From assembly GCA_964518725.1 (NCBI GenBank), contig CAZFKP010000008.1, positions 8,197-72,196 of the forward strand: a stretch of DNA of 64,000 bases, in the 5' to 3' direction. The notes below the pieces were generated by a model. The model did not search any database, was not told the origin of the DNA, and saw nothing but the letters and a program-made list of their open reading frames with translations. Origin of the DNA: an uncultured Rickettsiales bacterium (GTDB lineage: Bacteria; Pseudomonadota; Alphaproteobacteria; Rickettsiales; SXRF01). Below, piece by piece: positions 41,203 to 50,655 of this stretch (within the stretch, counting starts at the first letter, position 1; each line of letters starts with the position of its first letter). Made by a program: the position numbers and the translations under genes.

Positions 41203-42201
41203 CTATGCGAGCATATGCTCCAACTCATACCTTGCTTCTTTAGCATCAAAAACCGCGTCTGTCGCGGGGATTTGCACGGCCTTCAGCGCCCGCTCCAGCC
41301 CCCGCCCGGAAAGCGGCGCGCAGGCATCGGCCGAGGCGCGCAAAATATCCAGATCCGGCTCGCAGATGCCATTACAGTGCAGCACCACGTCGCACCCCGC
41401 GTCGAGCGCGCCCACCGCACGTTCGGCGTAGCTCCCTTGCATGGATTTCATCCACAGCGCATCCGACATCAGCAGGTTGTCAAACCCGATATCATGGCGG
41501 ATATAGTCGATGGCCTTGGGCGAGAGCGTCGCCATACGGTCGGGGTCGAGCGCGGTATAGACCACATGCGCGGTCATGCCCATCGGCAAGTCGTTGAGCG
41601 CCTTGAACGGCAGAAAATCCGTGCGTTCTAGCTCGGCCAGCGGCGTATCGACCACCGGCAGTTTTTCATGGCTGTCCACCACTGCCCGGCCATGGCCGGG
41701 AATATGTTTCAGCACCGGAATCACCCCGCCATCCATCAGGCCGTTGGCCTGTGCGCGGGCATGGGTGGTGACGGTTTTTACGTCGGTGCCGAAGGCGCGG
41801 TCGCCGATGATATCATGCGCGCCGGGAACGGGAATATCGGCGAGTGGCAGGCAGTCCACCGTAATGCCAAGCGCCACCAGATCCTCAGCAATGAGCCGCG
41901 CCGCAATGTACGTTGCACGAAGGCTGTCACCCTTGGCCTGCGCCAGCGCACGCGCCGACGGAAACCGCGACCAGTACGGCGGTTTGAGCCTTGCCACGCG
42001 CCCGCCCTCCTGATCGATCAGGATGGGCACATTGTAACGCCCGGTCACATCCCGCATCTCCGCAGTAAGCGCCTTCACTTGCTCGGGGTTCACGCAATTG
42101 CGGCCAAACAGAATAAACCCATAGGGGTCGATGGCGGCGAACAACGCCTTCTCCTCAGCGGTCAGGCGCTCGCCTTGGCAATCGACGATCAGTGGCAGCA
42201 T
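41203..42201 (-). CDS. nagZ: Beta-N-acetylhexosaminidase (GH3)
   Basis: 332 aa with the IDQEGGRVARL and KHIPGHGR motifs of NagZ. Confidence 0.85.
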   Translation of the reverse strand: MLPLIVDCQGERLTAEEKALFAAIDPYGFILFGRNCVNPEQVKALTAEMRDVTGRYNVPILIDQEGGRVARLKPPYWSRFPSARALAQAKGDSLRATYIAARLIAEDLVALGITVDCLPLADIPVPGAHDIIGDRAFGTDVKTVTTHARAQANGLMDGGVIPVLKHIPGHGRAVVDSHEKLPVVDTPLAELERTDFLPFKALNDLPMGMTAHVVYTALDPDRMATLSPKAIDYIRHDIGFDNLLMSDALWMKSMQGSYAERAVGALDAGCDVVLHCNGICEPDLDILRASADACAPLSGRGLERALKAVQIPATDAVFDAKEARYELEHMLA

Positions 42202-42211
42202 CAGCCCTCCT

Positions 42212-42340
42212 TAGAAATTCGCTGCGATGAAAAAAGCGCGCAGGAATGGATACCGAAGGGAAGGAGTGTACATATAGGTACATGACCGACCGAAGGAGGC
42301 TCCATTCCAAGCAGATTTTCCATCGCAGTAGAAGTTATTA
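42212..42340. repeat. Single diverged copy of the long-hairpin element seen at 36037-36336
   Basis: It shares GCGCGCAGGAATGGATACCGA...CCATTCCAAG...CGCAGTAGA with the other locus. Its outer arms are CTGCGATG (42222-42229) and CATCGCAG (42321-42328). Confidence 0.8.
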
Positions 42341-42349
42341 GGAGGGGTG

Positions 42350-43288
42350 TCACTTTACCACCATACAGGCCTGGCCGCTGCCGGACAGTTTCGCGCACAG
42401 CGCCTTGGCATCATCCGTGGCAACGCGCAGGCGGTAGAACACGCCCTTATCGCCGAGGTCGGCACGATTGATGACGGCGGATTTTCCGGCAAGGGCAGCG
42501 TGCTTTTTCTGGATTTTTACGAAGTCACCCTTGGCTTCCACCTCGCTTTTATAGGCACCGAGCTGCACCAGCTGCTTGCCTGCAGACGGTTTGACGGCAA
42601 CAGCTTTCGGTTTCTCAACCGGCGCGGGGGCGGTTTCTTTCACTTCCAGCTTTTCTTCTTTCACCACTTCCTTAACCGGCTCTTTCGCGGGAGGGTTAAA
42701 TGCCGATTTCGGCGTCAACTCCACCGCTTTGGTTTGTTCCGGCACCGGTTCGGCAACGGGCGCAGGCGCGGATGGGGCGGCCTCGACCGCCTGCTTGCCA
42801 AGCGCTTCCTGCACATTCACCACCTGTGGCGTCACCGGGGCGGCGGGGGCGGCGTCTTCATCGCCAAACACCTGCTCCGCACCAGCGGGGGCGGCAGGGG
42901 TCGCGGTGGCGAGTTTTTCATTCACCCAACTGGTTGTGCCGGATGCATCGGCGTCCTGAGGCATCGGCTCTTCCGGCGTCGGCAGCACACGCTCCACTTT
43001 GGCGGGCTGCTGGCCGTTTGCGAAGGTTTCAAAAATCGTCTTATCCTGGTTCGGGAACTGCATGCCGCCCGGATCTTCCGGTTTTTCCTTGATCGGCGTT
43101 TTGTCGGCTTCGATGACCATCAGCTCACCATCGCCGACCGACTGCGTGCCGGCGCGGTAAGCATAAATGGCCAGTGCGACGAATCCGCCAAAAGCGCAGA
43201 TCAGCACCAGCGGCGGCAGGATGCGGGCGAGCGTGCCTTGCGGCTGTTCATCGAAAAGCGGGTCGTGGGAATCGTCGGGTCGAGCCAT
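42350..43288 (-). CDS. SPOR domain-containing protein (membrane-anchored, Pro/Ala-rich linker)
   Basis: 312 aa with an N-terminal TM helix. The C-terminal VQLGAYKSEVEAKGDFVKI...VFYRLRV is a SPOR domain. Confidence 0.8.
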   Translation of the reverse strand: MARPDDSHDPLFDEQPQGTLARILPPLVLICAFGGFVALAIYAYRAGTQSVGDGELMVIEADKTPIKEKPEDPGGMQFPNQDKTIFETFANGQQPAKVERVLPTPEEPMPQDADASGTTSWVNEKLATATPAAPAGAEQVFGDEDAAPAAPVTPQVVNVQEALGKQAVEAAPSAPAPVAEPVPEQTKAVELTPKSAFNPPAKEPVKEVVKEEKLEVKETAPAPVEKPKAVAVKPSAGKQLVQLGAYKSEVEAKGDFVKIQKKHAALAGKSAVINRADLGDKGVFYRLRVATDDAKALCAKLSGSGQACMVVK

Positions 43289-45024
43289 TAGCGCAGTTCC
43301 TCCATGGGTTCAACGCCCATCACCATGAGGCCGGAAGCGATGACCTCCGAAACTGCACGGGCAAGAGCGATCCGTGATGCGGTTTTTTCTATAGCATCTT
43401 TTTGCAGAAAGCGAAGCGATAAATCGTCGTTACCGAGGTTCCACAGCCCATGGAACGCACCAGCCACCTCATGCAGGTAATAGGGAATGCGGTGCGGCTC
43501 AAGCGCGCTGGCTGCCTGCTCCACGAGGCGCGGCCAGTTGGCAAGCAGGCGGATGAGTGCGAGCTCCGCCGGGTGCGACAGCTCGGCAAGTATTTCTTTG
43601 GTTGGCGTTGCGGCACGTGCCACCGCTTCGGGAAATTCGGCCTGGGCGTTGCGGATGATCGAGTGGGCGCGCGCATGCGCGTACTGCACATAGAACACCG
43701 GATTGTCTTTCGATTGCTCCATCACCTTGGCGAAATCGAAATCGAGCGGGGCATCATTCTTGCGGGTGAGCATGATGAAACGAAAGACGCCCGCCCCTAC
43801 CTCTTCCACCACTTCGCGCACGGTGACGAAGGTGCCGGCGCGCTTGCTCATTTTCGCCGGCTCGCCGTTTCGCAGGAATTTGACCAGCTGGCAGAGCTTG
43901 ATTTCCAGCTCGACCGTGCCGCCGGAAAGCGCTTTCACCACGGCTTTCAGGCGTTTCACATAGCCGCCATGGTCGGCGCCGAAAATATTGATGAGCAGGT
44001 GGAAGCCGCGTTTGCACTTGTCGTAATGGTAGGCGATATCGGGCGCGAAATAGGTCCACGACCCGTCGGATTTTTTGACCGCCCGGTCGGCATCGTCGCC
44101 AAACTCGGTGGATTTGAACAATGTCTGCGGGCGCGGCTCCCAATCGTCCGGCGCCTTACCCTTGGGCGCTTCGAGCACGCCTTCGTAAATCAGCCCCATC
44201 TTCGTCAGTTCGGCCAGCGCCGCATCCACCTTGCCAGCCTCGGTGATCGCACGCTCGGAAGTGAACACGTCATGCTGGATGCCGAGGGTCGCGAGGTCGT
44301 CCTTAATCATCTGCATCATGGCGTCGATGGTGAAGGCGCGCACGGTGGGCAGCCACTCTCCGCGATCCTGCACCAACAGCTCCCTGCCGTGCGCCTCGCG
44401 CAAGCCTTCACCGACCGGCACCAGGTAATCGCCGGGATACATGCCTTCGGGGAATTCGCCGATCGCCTCGCCGCACGCTTCGCGGTAACGCAGGAATGCC
44501 GAATCGGCGAGCTTATCGACCTGCGCCCCGGCATCGTTGATGTAATATTCCTTGGTCACGCTGTAGCCCGCTTTGATGAGCAGCATGGCGAGCGCATCGC
44601 CCACCACCGCGCCGCGCCCATGGCCGACATGCATCGGCCCCGTCGGGTTGGCCGAGACGAATTCGACATTTACTTTTTTCCCGTCGCCCATCTGCGAATT
44701 GCCGTAGCCCCGCCCGTGTTCGAGGATCACCGAAACCTGCTGCTGCCACACGCTGGGGGAAAGGGTCAGGTTGATGAAGCCGGGACCTGCGATCTCCACC
44801 TTCTCAACCGCCGCCATGTTGTTCAAATGTTCCGCCAGCTCACCGGCGAGTTGCTTGGGGTTACCGCCAACCTGCGCCGCCATCACCATGGCGGCGTTGG
44901 TGGCGATGTCGCCATGGCTCGCGTCTTTGGGCGGCACGGCGTCGATTTTTTCCACATTCACCTGCGGGTAATGCTGGCGCACGAGGTTCTTGATCGCGTC
45001 GTTAATCTGGGCGTAAATATTCAT
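43288..45024 (-). CDS. argS: Arginine--tRNA ligase
   Basis: 578 aa with [14 protein letters not shown] (HIGH) and MSKRAG (KMSK). Confidence 0.95.
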   Translation of the reverse strand: MNIYAQINDAIKNLVRQHYPQVNVEKIDAVPPKDASHGDIATNAAMVMAAQVGGNPKQLAGELAEHLNNMAAVEKVEIAGPGFINLTLSPSVWQQQVSVILEHGRGYGNSQMGDGKKVNVEFVSANPTGPMHVGHGRGAVVGDALAMLLIKAGYSVTKEYYINDAGAQVDKLADSAFLRYREACGEAIGEFPEGMYPGDYLVPVGEGLREAHGRELLVQDRGEWLPTVRAFTIDAMMQMIKDDLATLGIQHDVFTSERAITEAGKVDAALAELTKMGLIYEGVLEAPKGKAPDDWEPRPQTLFKSTEFGDDADRAVKKSDGSWTYFAPDIAYHYDKCKRGFHLLINIFGADHGGYVKRLKAVVKALSGGTVELEIKLCQLVKFLRNGEPAKMSKRAGTFVTVREVVEEVGAGVFRFIMLTRKNDAPLDFDFAKVMEQSKDNPVFYVQYAHARAHSIIRNAQAEFPEAVARAATPTKEILAELSHPAELALIRLLANWPRLVEQAASALEPHRIPYYLHEVAGAFHGLWNLGNDDLSLRFLQKDAIEKTASRIALARAVSEVIASGLMVMGVEPMEELR

Positions 45025-45093
45025 GCGCCTGATTTCTAGAGAAAAACATCACGAATGCAAGGGATTTTGCGGCTAGAAAGTCCCGCCGGCGGC

Positions 45094-45636
45094 TTACCTC
45101 CCGACCACACTCACCTCGGACACCCTAGCATTTTTTGCCTGCTCGAGCGCCGCGACATAATCGATGGGGTGATCGTGATAATCGCTGATTTGCTTGTTAA
45201 ATAACGCCAGCGCGCTGGTTTTGGTGGCCTCATCGAGATCGAGAATAGCGAGCATTGCGAAGAAGTCTTGCTGGTACTCCCGATAGCTTATTTCCGGAAC
45301 CAGCCCATCCAGCATGTTGTTTAACAGATGTGTTCTCGATGCAGCCTGTTTTCCCCGATTCGGCCAATCACACGCCAAGACTATATCGGCAAGAGATGCC
45401 ACAGCGTATTCGCGATTAAGCTCGCGTGCCAGAGTATCGGCATCCGCTGACCTCACGATCATGGTACTGCCATCATAAGTAATCTTATAACAATCTTTCA
45501 ATATCGGCACGAGCAACCGCCGCAACTCAGTATACATCCCAATATCACGAGGCCCGGAACGACGTCTCAGGCGTGAAGGATAGCGAGGGAAGCTTCCGGT
45601 ATGATCACCCGACTCTTCGGTCATTTTGCTGCCCAT
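45094..45636 (-). CDS. Hypothetical protein
   Basis: 180-aa ORF with no recognised family. Confidence 0.4.
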   Translation of the reverse strand: MGSKMTEESGDHTGSFPRYPSRLRRRSGPRDIGMYTELRRLLVPILKDCYKITYDGSTMIVRSADADTLARELNREYAVASLADIVLACDWPNRGKQAASRTHLLNNMLDGLVPEISYREYQQDFFAMLAILDLDEATKTSALALFNKQISDYHDHPIDYVAALEQAKNARVSEVSVVGR

Positions 45637-45731
45637 GACTAGTTCTTTGAGCGTCTGATTTTACAATAAAAATGCAATCATTGCAATGATTTGTCGTGAA
45701 CCAACCACCAAAATATTGCCGAAAAGAAGCC

Positions 45732-45791
45732 AAAAAAAAACCCGCTCGGCTCGCTCCGTTCCCTTTCGGGATTGGAGCAAGCGTTGCGGGC
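45732..45791 (-). terminator. Rho-independent terminator candidate
   Basis: On the minus strand: CCCGC..GCTCC..TCCC-GAAA-GGGA..GGAGC..GCGGG followed by T9, starting ~19 nt after the stop at 45810. Confidence 0.6.
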
Positions 45792-45809
45792 GATGGCCTA
45801 GAGCCGAAG

Positions 45810-46895
45810 CTACCTAGGAATTGTAATTTTCATCTCGTTCAGCGCCTCATTGAGGATGTGGTTGACCACCCCCCCGTAATGGCGCCTAACAAGGATGTAC
45901 TCGCCATCCTTGCGATAGATTGTCGCCTCCGTGGTATCCACGAAAGGAATTTCTCCCTCCTTGGAATCAGGCACCATTAGCAGGCCGACACTACAATCAC
46001 CGTAGATGACACCAAACACAACTCCGCTTTGACGCGGACTGGTCGGCGTCTTTCCGACGACGTACACCCCGGTGACGATGATGCTCCCCTCTTCGTCTTT
46101 CCTGCTCACCTTGAAATGAAACACCATCTTTCCGAGTGTATTCTTGTCCTTTGCTTCGAACTCGTTGGGGAGTTCGGTGTTGAGGATTTCCTCAGCATCG
46201 AGATTGTTGTCCTCAGGATTGACCATTGTGAAATGATCCCCCTCAACAACAACCTTGCCACTCCAAGAAACCAGCCCATCGAAACCACGGCCACTGCTGG
46301 ACATGCCTAAGCAGTCCAGTCGGCAGCCATAATCGGACGCCCAGAACATACACTCGCCGGTCTTGCCCTGGCAGTGCCAGAGACCAGTCATGTATGCATA
46401 ACTGGACACCACCACTTCTGCCTCGATGCTCATGGGCGTGGGCAAGAACCCAACGCTCGTGAACATACCGTCAACCTTGACTTTCACTACGGTTCCCTCC
46501 TCTGCCCCCGTAAAGAGAGCGGGGAGTTCGCCAGAGTAATTGTCCGGGTTTTCGGCGCGGTCGCGGCTGAAATCCTGAACGATCTCGTCGATCGTCCGGG
46601 GGCCTTGGCGCGGAATCTCCAGTTGCCGTTTTTCGAGCTTTGGAAGCTCAAGCGCGACAACCGCTCGGTCGACGCCATCATCATCGCCCTTGGGGTTAAC
46701 GACCCCTGGGGCGACTCCTACTATTTTTGCCTTTGGGGCTTCAACAGGCACCACCTCCGAAATACCGGGGGTGATGGAGACCGACTCAGTGACAGCGGCA
46801 CGAGGCGCTTCGGCCTCAACCGGAACCTTCGGGGTCTCGGTTCCACAACCAACGAACAAAACTGCGACGAACAGAGCTGCGACGAACTTCTGCAT
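45810..46895 (-). CDS. Hypothetical lipoprotein
   Basis: 361 aa. MQKFVAALFVAVLFVGCG is a signal peptide plus lipobox. No family was recognised. Confidence 0.5.
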   Translation of the reverse strand: MQKFVAALFVAVLFVGCGTETPKVPVEAEAPRAAVTESVSITPGISEVVPVEAPKAKIVGVAPGVVNPKGDDDGVDRAVVALELPKLEKRQLEIPRQGPRTIDEIVQDFSRDRAENPDNYSGELPALFTGAEEGTVVKVKVDGMFTSVGFLPTPMSIEAEVVVSSYAYMTGLWHCQGKTGECMFWASDYGCRLDCLGMSSSGRGFDGLVSWSGKVVVEGDHFTMVNPEDNNLDAEEILNTELPNEFEAKDKNTLGKMVFHFKVSRKDEEGSIIVTGVYVVGKTPTSPRQSGVVFGVIYGDCSVGLLMVPDSKEGEIPFVDTTEATIYRKDGEYILVRRHYGGVVNHILNEALNEMKITIPR

Positions 46896-47181
46896 GATTC
46901 GATTCCTCGAACTGCGAGAACTTGAACGTGCGGCACGATAATGTGCGACGCACGTGGGACACCCGGATTGGGTGCCTTACGCGGACGCTCGACATTCCAA
47001 CAAGGAAGCGAGCGGTAGGTTCAAAAAACGGGTTTTTTGAACACTGTGACTCTGTGCCGGGGGTGCAAACGGATGCCCCCATGGCGGAGATATATTAACC
47101 ATATGTTAACATATTGGGTGCGGTTTTTCAATAAAAATGCTCATCTGGGCGGGTTTTTCGCCATGATGGGAATAGTGGTAA

Positions 47182-47305
47182 AAAACCCTGTGATATGAAG
47201 GGGCTAGCCTGAATTAGCCGTGGCGAAGCAAAAAGAATGGTCATGCGAATTCAGTAGAATGAGCCAGAAAACCCTGTGATATGAAGAGGCTAGCCTGAAT
47301 CAGCC
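47182..47305. repeat. Two 38-bp direct repeats (47182-47219 and 47268-47305) 86 bp apart
   Basis: AAAACCCTGTGATATGAAG(G/A)GGCTAGCCTGAAT(T/C)AGCC, with 36 of 38 positions identical. Confidence 0.8.
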
Positions 47306-47596
47306 CTGAGCGCGCTTCATGCGGTTTCCAGTAGGAAAGCGCGGGAGCAAGAAAATGCATTTCCCCCCTTCCGTGACGTTTACAACCCGTGGGACACTCT
47401 CCCTGAGGGCGGCAGTTAGGCTGAATGCAACGGCATCATTCCCCGCTCTAACGAAAGGGAGAATCGCGTATGAAAGAACCATGAACAGCTTAGAAAGCCC
47501 GCATCGACGGATGCGTAATTTGGCACAATACGGCTTGCTTTGGGTAAGCCGGGGTTTTCAGGACGGGCACCGGTACGGATAAACCGGGAGTGAATA

Positions 47597-48769
47597 TTAT
47601 TTCCCCAGCCAGCTCCGCGCATGTACATCGAACACACGGCTATGCTCGTCGAGGGCAAAGCGATCGGTCATCCCGGCGATGAAATCGGCGGCGACTTTGG
47701 CGGTTTTCTCGGTGTTCGGCGCGTCGGTAAGCTGCCGCCATGCGGTGGGTAAACATTCCGGCTCGGCAAGGAAAAACCCGAACAATTCCTTCACCACCCG
47801 TTCGGCTTTGCTGGCCATCCGGTTCACCTTGTAGTGGCGATACATCCGGCGCATGAGGAACGCTTTCAGGGCTTTATTCTGCGCCTGCATGCCATCTGAA
47901 AATGCGATCAGCGGGCGACCAAGAGCACGGATATCGGCGACCGTTTTTACCCCCGCCGCGGCGATATTTTCCTCGGAGGTGGTAATCAGGTCGGTGACCA
48001 TGCGGTTGATGACGCGGCGGATCGATTCGTGGATCAGCCGGGTCTCCGGAATATCCGGATAACGCTTCTTCACCTCATGAAAAACCGCCGCCACTTGCGG
48101 CACATCATCAAGGTCGGCAATCGAAAACAACCCGGCGCGCAGGCCGTCGTCAATGTCATGATTGTTGTAGGCAATATCATCGGAAAGCGATGCCACCTGG
48201 GCTTCTCCGCTGGCATAGCTCGAAAGCTCAAGATCGTGCCGCGCATTATATTCGGCAATCGCCCTCGGCACATCTTTCACTAGCGGCCCATTATGCTTGG
48301 CGATGCCCTCCAGCGTTTCCCATGTCAGGTTCAGCCCGTCAAATTCCGCATAGCGCTGCTCCAGGCTGGTGATGAGCCTCAGCGTGTGGCCGTTATGGTC
48401 GAACCCTCCAAACGGCGCCATCACTTCGGATAAGCCATCTTCACCGGCATGGCCGAACGGCGTGTGGCCGAGGTCGTGTGCGAGCGCCAGCGTCTCCGCC
48501 AGATCCTCATTCAACCCAAGCGAACGGCAAATTGAACGCGCCATCTGCGAGACTTCCAAACTATGGGTGAGCCGGGTGCGGTAATGGTCGCCCTCATGAT
48601 TGACGAACACCTGGGTTTTATACTCAAGGCGCCGGAAGGCGGTGGAATGAATGATGCGGTCGCGATCCCGCTGGAACAGGCTGCGCGTGTTGCTCTCCGG
48701 CTCGGCAAATAGCCGCCCACTGCTGGTTTCGGGTGTACATGCGTAAGGTGCGGTAGTCAGGTTGGCCAT
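47597..48769 (-). CDS. dgt: dGTP triphosphohydrolase-like HD-domain protein
   Basis: 390 aa with FQRDRDRIIHSTAFRRLEYKTQVF and HYRTRLTHSLEV...AHDLGHTPFGH. Confidence 0.9.
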   Translation of the reverse strand: MANLTTAPYACTPETSSGRLFAEPESNTRSLFQRDRDRIIHSTAFRRLEYKTQVFVNHEGDHYRTRLTHSLEVSQMARSICRSLGLNEDLAETLALAHDLGHTPFGHAGEDGLSEVMAPFGGFDHNGHTLRLITSLEQRYAEFDGLNLTWETLEGIAKHNGPLVKDVPRAIAEYNARHDLELSSYASGEAQVASLSDDIAYNNHDIDDGLRAGLFSIADLDDVPQVAAVFHEVKKRYPDIPETRLIHESIRRVINRMVTDLITTSEENIAAAGVKTVADIRALGRPLIAFSDGMQAQNKALKAFLMRRMYRHYKVNRMASKAERVVKELFGFFLAEPECLPTAWRQLTDAPNTEKTAKVAADFIAGMTDRFALDEHSRVFDVHARSWLGK

Positions 48770-48816
48770 GTGCCGAGGCTAGCGAAATGCCACCTATCAC
48801 GCAAGTGGCAACTCAA

Positions 48817-49392
48817 TTAGCTGCCAGCAATGCTCCAGCCCATCTCATGAGTGCGCGCATCACGATCTGCCCATTTTCCCTGAACAAGCGGCTGCAAATG
48901 CCCCGCCAAGGCAGTGAGTGCTTCCCTGCACGACGGGCTTAAGTTATCAAGATCAATGGCTGCTAATTTTTCAATAGTATGATGTGTCAGGCCGGTGAGT
49001 TCCAGATGCTTTTGGGCGTCCAACCTTGCGACCCCTTCATTCAGTGCCGCCAAGTAAGGCTCCCATCCATTGGTAGCAAGTTCCCGGCCAGTTTTACTGA
49101 AGAGCAGAACATCATCCGCCTGCCGGAACGCTCCTACGGTGGTCAATTGCTCAAAAGCCACCGTATAATCACCTTCGCTAATGTGAGGATGGGCAGCCAG
49201 ATATTGATCTTTTAATGCCCGGTAGCTGAACATATTTGGCTTTAATGCTTCACTTTCTGAAGTTTTTCTCTCCTCAACCAATCTAGCTTTCTCCTCGGCG
49301 CGCACCCGGGCGATGTTATTGGCAAACGCCGCGATACTGTAAGCCACTGCACCGTCAAGAATGTTAGAGTCCGCCATGATATCCCTCACCAT
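48817..49392 (-). CDS. Hypothetical protein
   Basis: 191-aa ORF with no recognised family. A perfect 16-bp palindrome lies just upstream. Confidence 0.4.
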   Translation of the reverse strand: MVRDIMADSNILDGAVAYSIAAFANNIARVRAEEKARLVEERKTSESEALKPNMFSYRALKDQYLAAHPHISEGDYTVAFEQLTTVGAFRQADDVLLFSKTGRELATNGWEPYLAALNEGVARLDAQKHLELTGLTHHTIEKLAAIDLDNLSPSCREALTALAGHLQPLVQGKWADRDARTHEMGWSIAGS

Positions 49393-49516
49393 TAATAATT
49401 AGTTAACTAATTTAAACTATTTGCCGATGCCTGTCAACAGCAGAATAGCGCCTTGGATTATATGATAAAATCCGCCCCCCCTTGCAAAACGCTCTGATTT
49501 ATTCCATATTTACGCT

Positions 49517-49861
49517 ATGGAACCATCTACCGAAACCTTTTCCTTAACCCCATCGGCCGCCAGCCGGGTCGCCCACCTGCTATCCGATGAACCGGAGGGC
49601 ACGGTGTTTGTCGTGGAAGTGCTCGGCGGCGGGTGCTCAGGGTTCCAATACCATTTCAACCTTGCCGCCAGACCGGCGGCACCGGGTGATATCCTCATCG
49701 AAGAGGGTGGCGCGAAAGTGCTGGTGGACGATGTGTCGCTCGGGCTACTCAAAGGCTCGGTGCTCGATTACACCGAAGACCTCGCCAGCGCCGGGTTTGT
49801 GGTGAAAAACCCCAACGCCACCGCCAAATGCGGTTGCGGCAACAGTTTCTCGGTGATGTAA
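49517..49861 (+). CDS. erpA: Iron-sulfur cluster insertion protein (IscA/ErpA family)
   Basis: 114 aa with GGGCSGFQY and the C-terminal CGCGNSF motif. Confidence 0.9.
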   Translation: MEPSTETFSLTPSAASRVAHLLSDEPEGTVFVVEVLGGGCSGFQYHFNLAARPAAPGDILIEEGGAKVLVDDVSLGLLKGSVLDYTEDLASAGFVVKNPNATAKCGCGNSFSVM

Positions 49862-49863
49862 GT

Positions 49864-50655
49864 ATGGCCGAATCTGAAGAACTCTCAGCTGGAGCACTTT
49901 TAGCCCAGCAATTTAATGAAGAATTTGAGTCCTGCATTCGCACTTTGCAAGCAAATCCCACTGATGCAGTCGCTAACAACAAACTTGCGGACATACTTTT
50001 AGTGTACTTAAAGAAGAAAAGCGGCATATTTGCTCGCAGATACCCCGATCCGAATGATCTGGAGGACATTGTGCAGAAAACCGCCGTTAGTTTACTGTCT
50101 TACTTCAAGAAAACCGGCTTCCAACGCTTGGAGAACCCGTCATCTTATGTCCTCGGGAGCATGAGACATCAATGCACCGGACACAGGAGGCACCAGCATC
50201 CTGTGCTCACAGGTCTTGGAGATGAGAAAGACGATCGTATGCCTAATGCAACAATACTGGATATGGGAAGGCCAACCCATAGTTTGCGAGGCGTAGGAGT
50301 TGAGATGATTGATGATAACGTGCCGCAGGTGGAAGATTTTTATACAGATAACGAGCTCACTCTCTTAAAAAAAAGTATTGCCACCCTTGCTGAGAAAGAC
50401 GCTGACAATCAACTATTGCTCAATAGCACTTATCTCTGCAATCCGCGCAAAAGTTCGCAGCAACTGGCGAATGAGATGGGCTGCCCTCCTACGACTGCCA
50501 GAAGCCGCCTTCATACAGCTAAAAGGCGTCTATTTGGTGTTATTCCGGACGTTGCAAATACAGCCGATATTCCTCAAGAAATCGCTGAATCCCTTGCCGC
50601 AAAGCTTCTTTTATTAAACGCAAAGCTTTACCGCCTCGGCGGCGTCGAGTTATGA
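49864..50655 (+). CDS. Divergent sigma-70/ECF-like protein (hypothetical regulator)
   Basis: The start was chosen at MAESEE, after the erpA stop. The region-4-like HTH SSQQLANEMGCPPTTARSRLHTAKRRLFG and the region-2-like EDIVQKTAVSLLSYF support the call. The stop overlaps the xthA start (ATGA). Confidence 0.45.
   Translation: MAESEELSAGALLAQQFNEEFESCIRTLQANPTDAVANNKLADILLVYLKKKSGIFARRYPDPNDLEDIVQKTAVSLLSYFKKTGFQRLENPSSYVLGSMRHQCTGHRRHQHPVLTGLGDEKDDRMPNATILDMGRPTHSLRGVGVEMIDDNVPQVEDFYTDNELTLLKKSIATLAEKDADNQLLLNSTYLCNPRKSSQQLANEMGCPPTTARSRLHTAKRRLFGVIPDVANTADIPQEIAESLAAKLLLLNAKLYRLGGVEL

Noticed and set aside
43450-45039. 529-aa plus-strand ORF
   Set aside because: It lies antisense to argS, which has HIGH and KMSK motifs. 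It is a shadow ORF.
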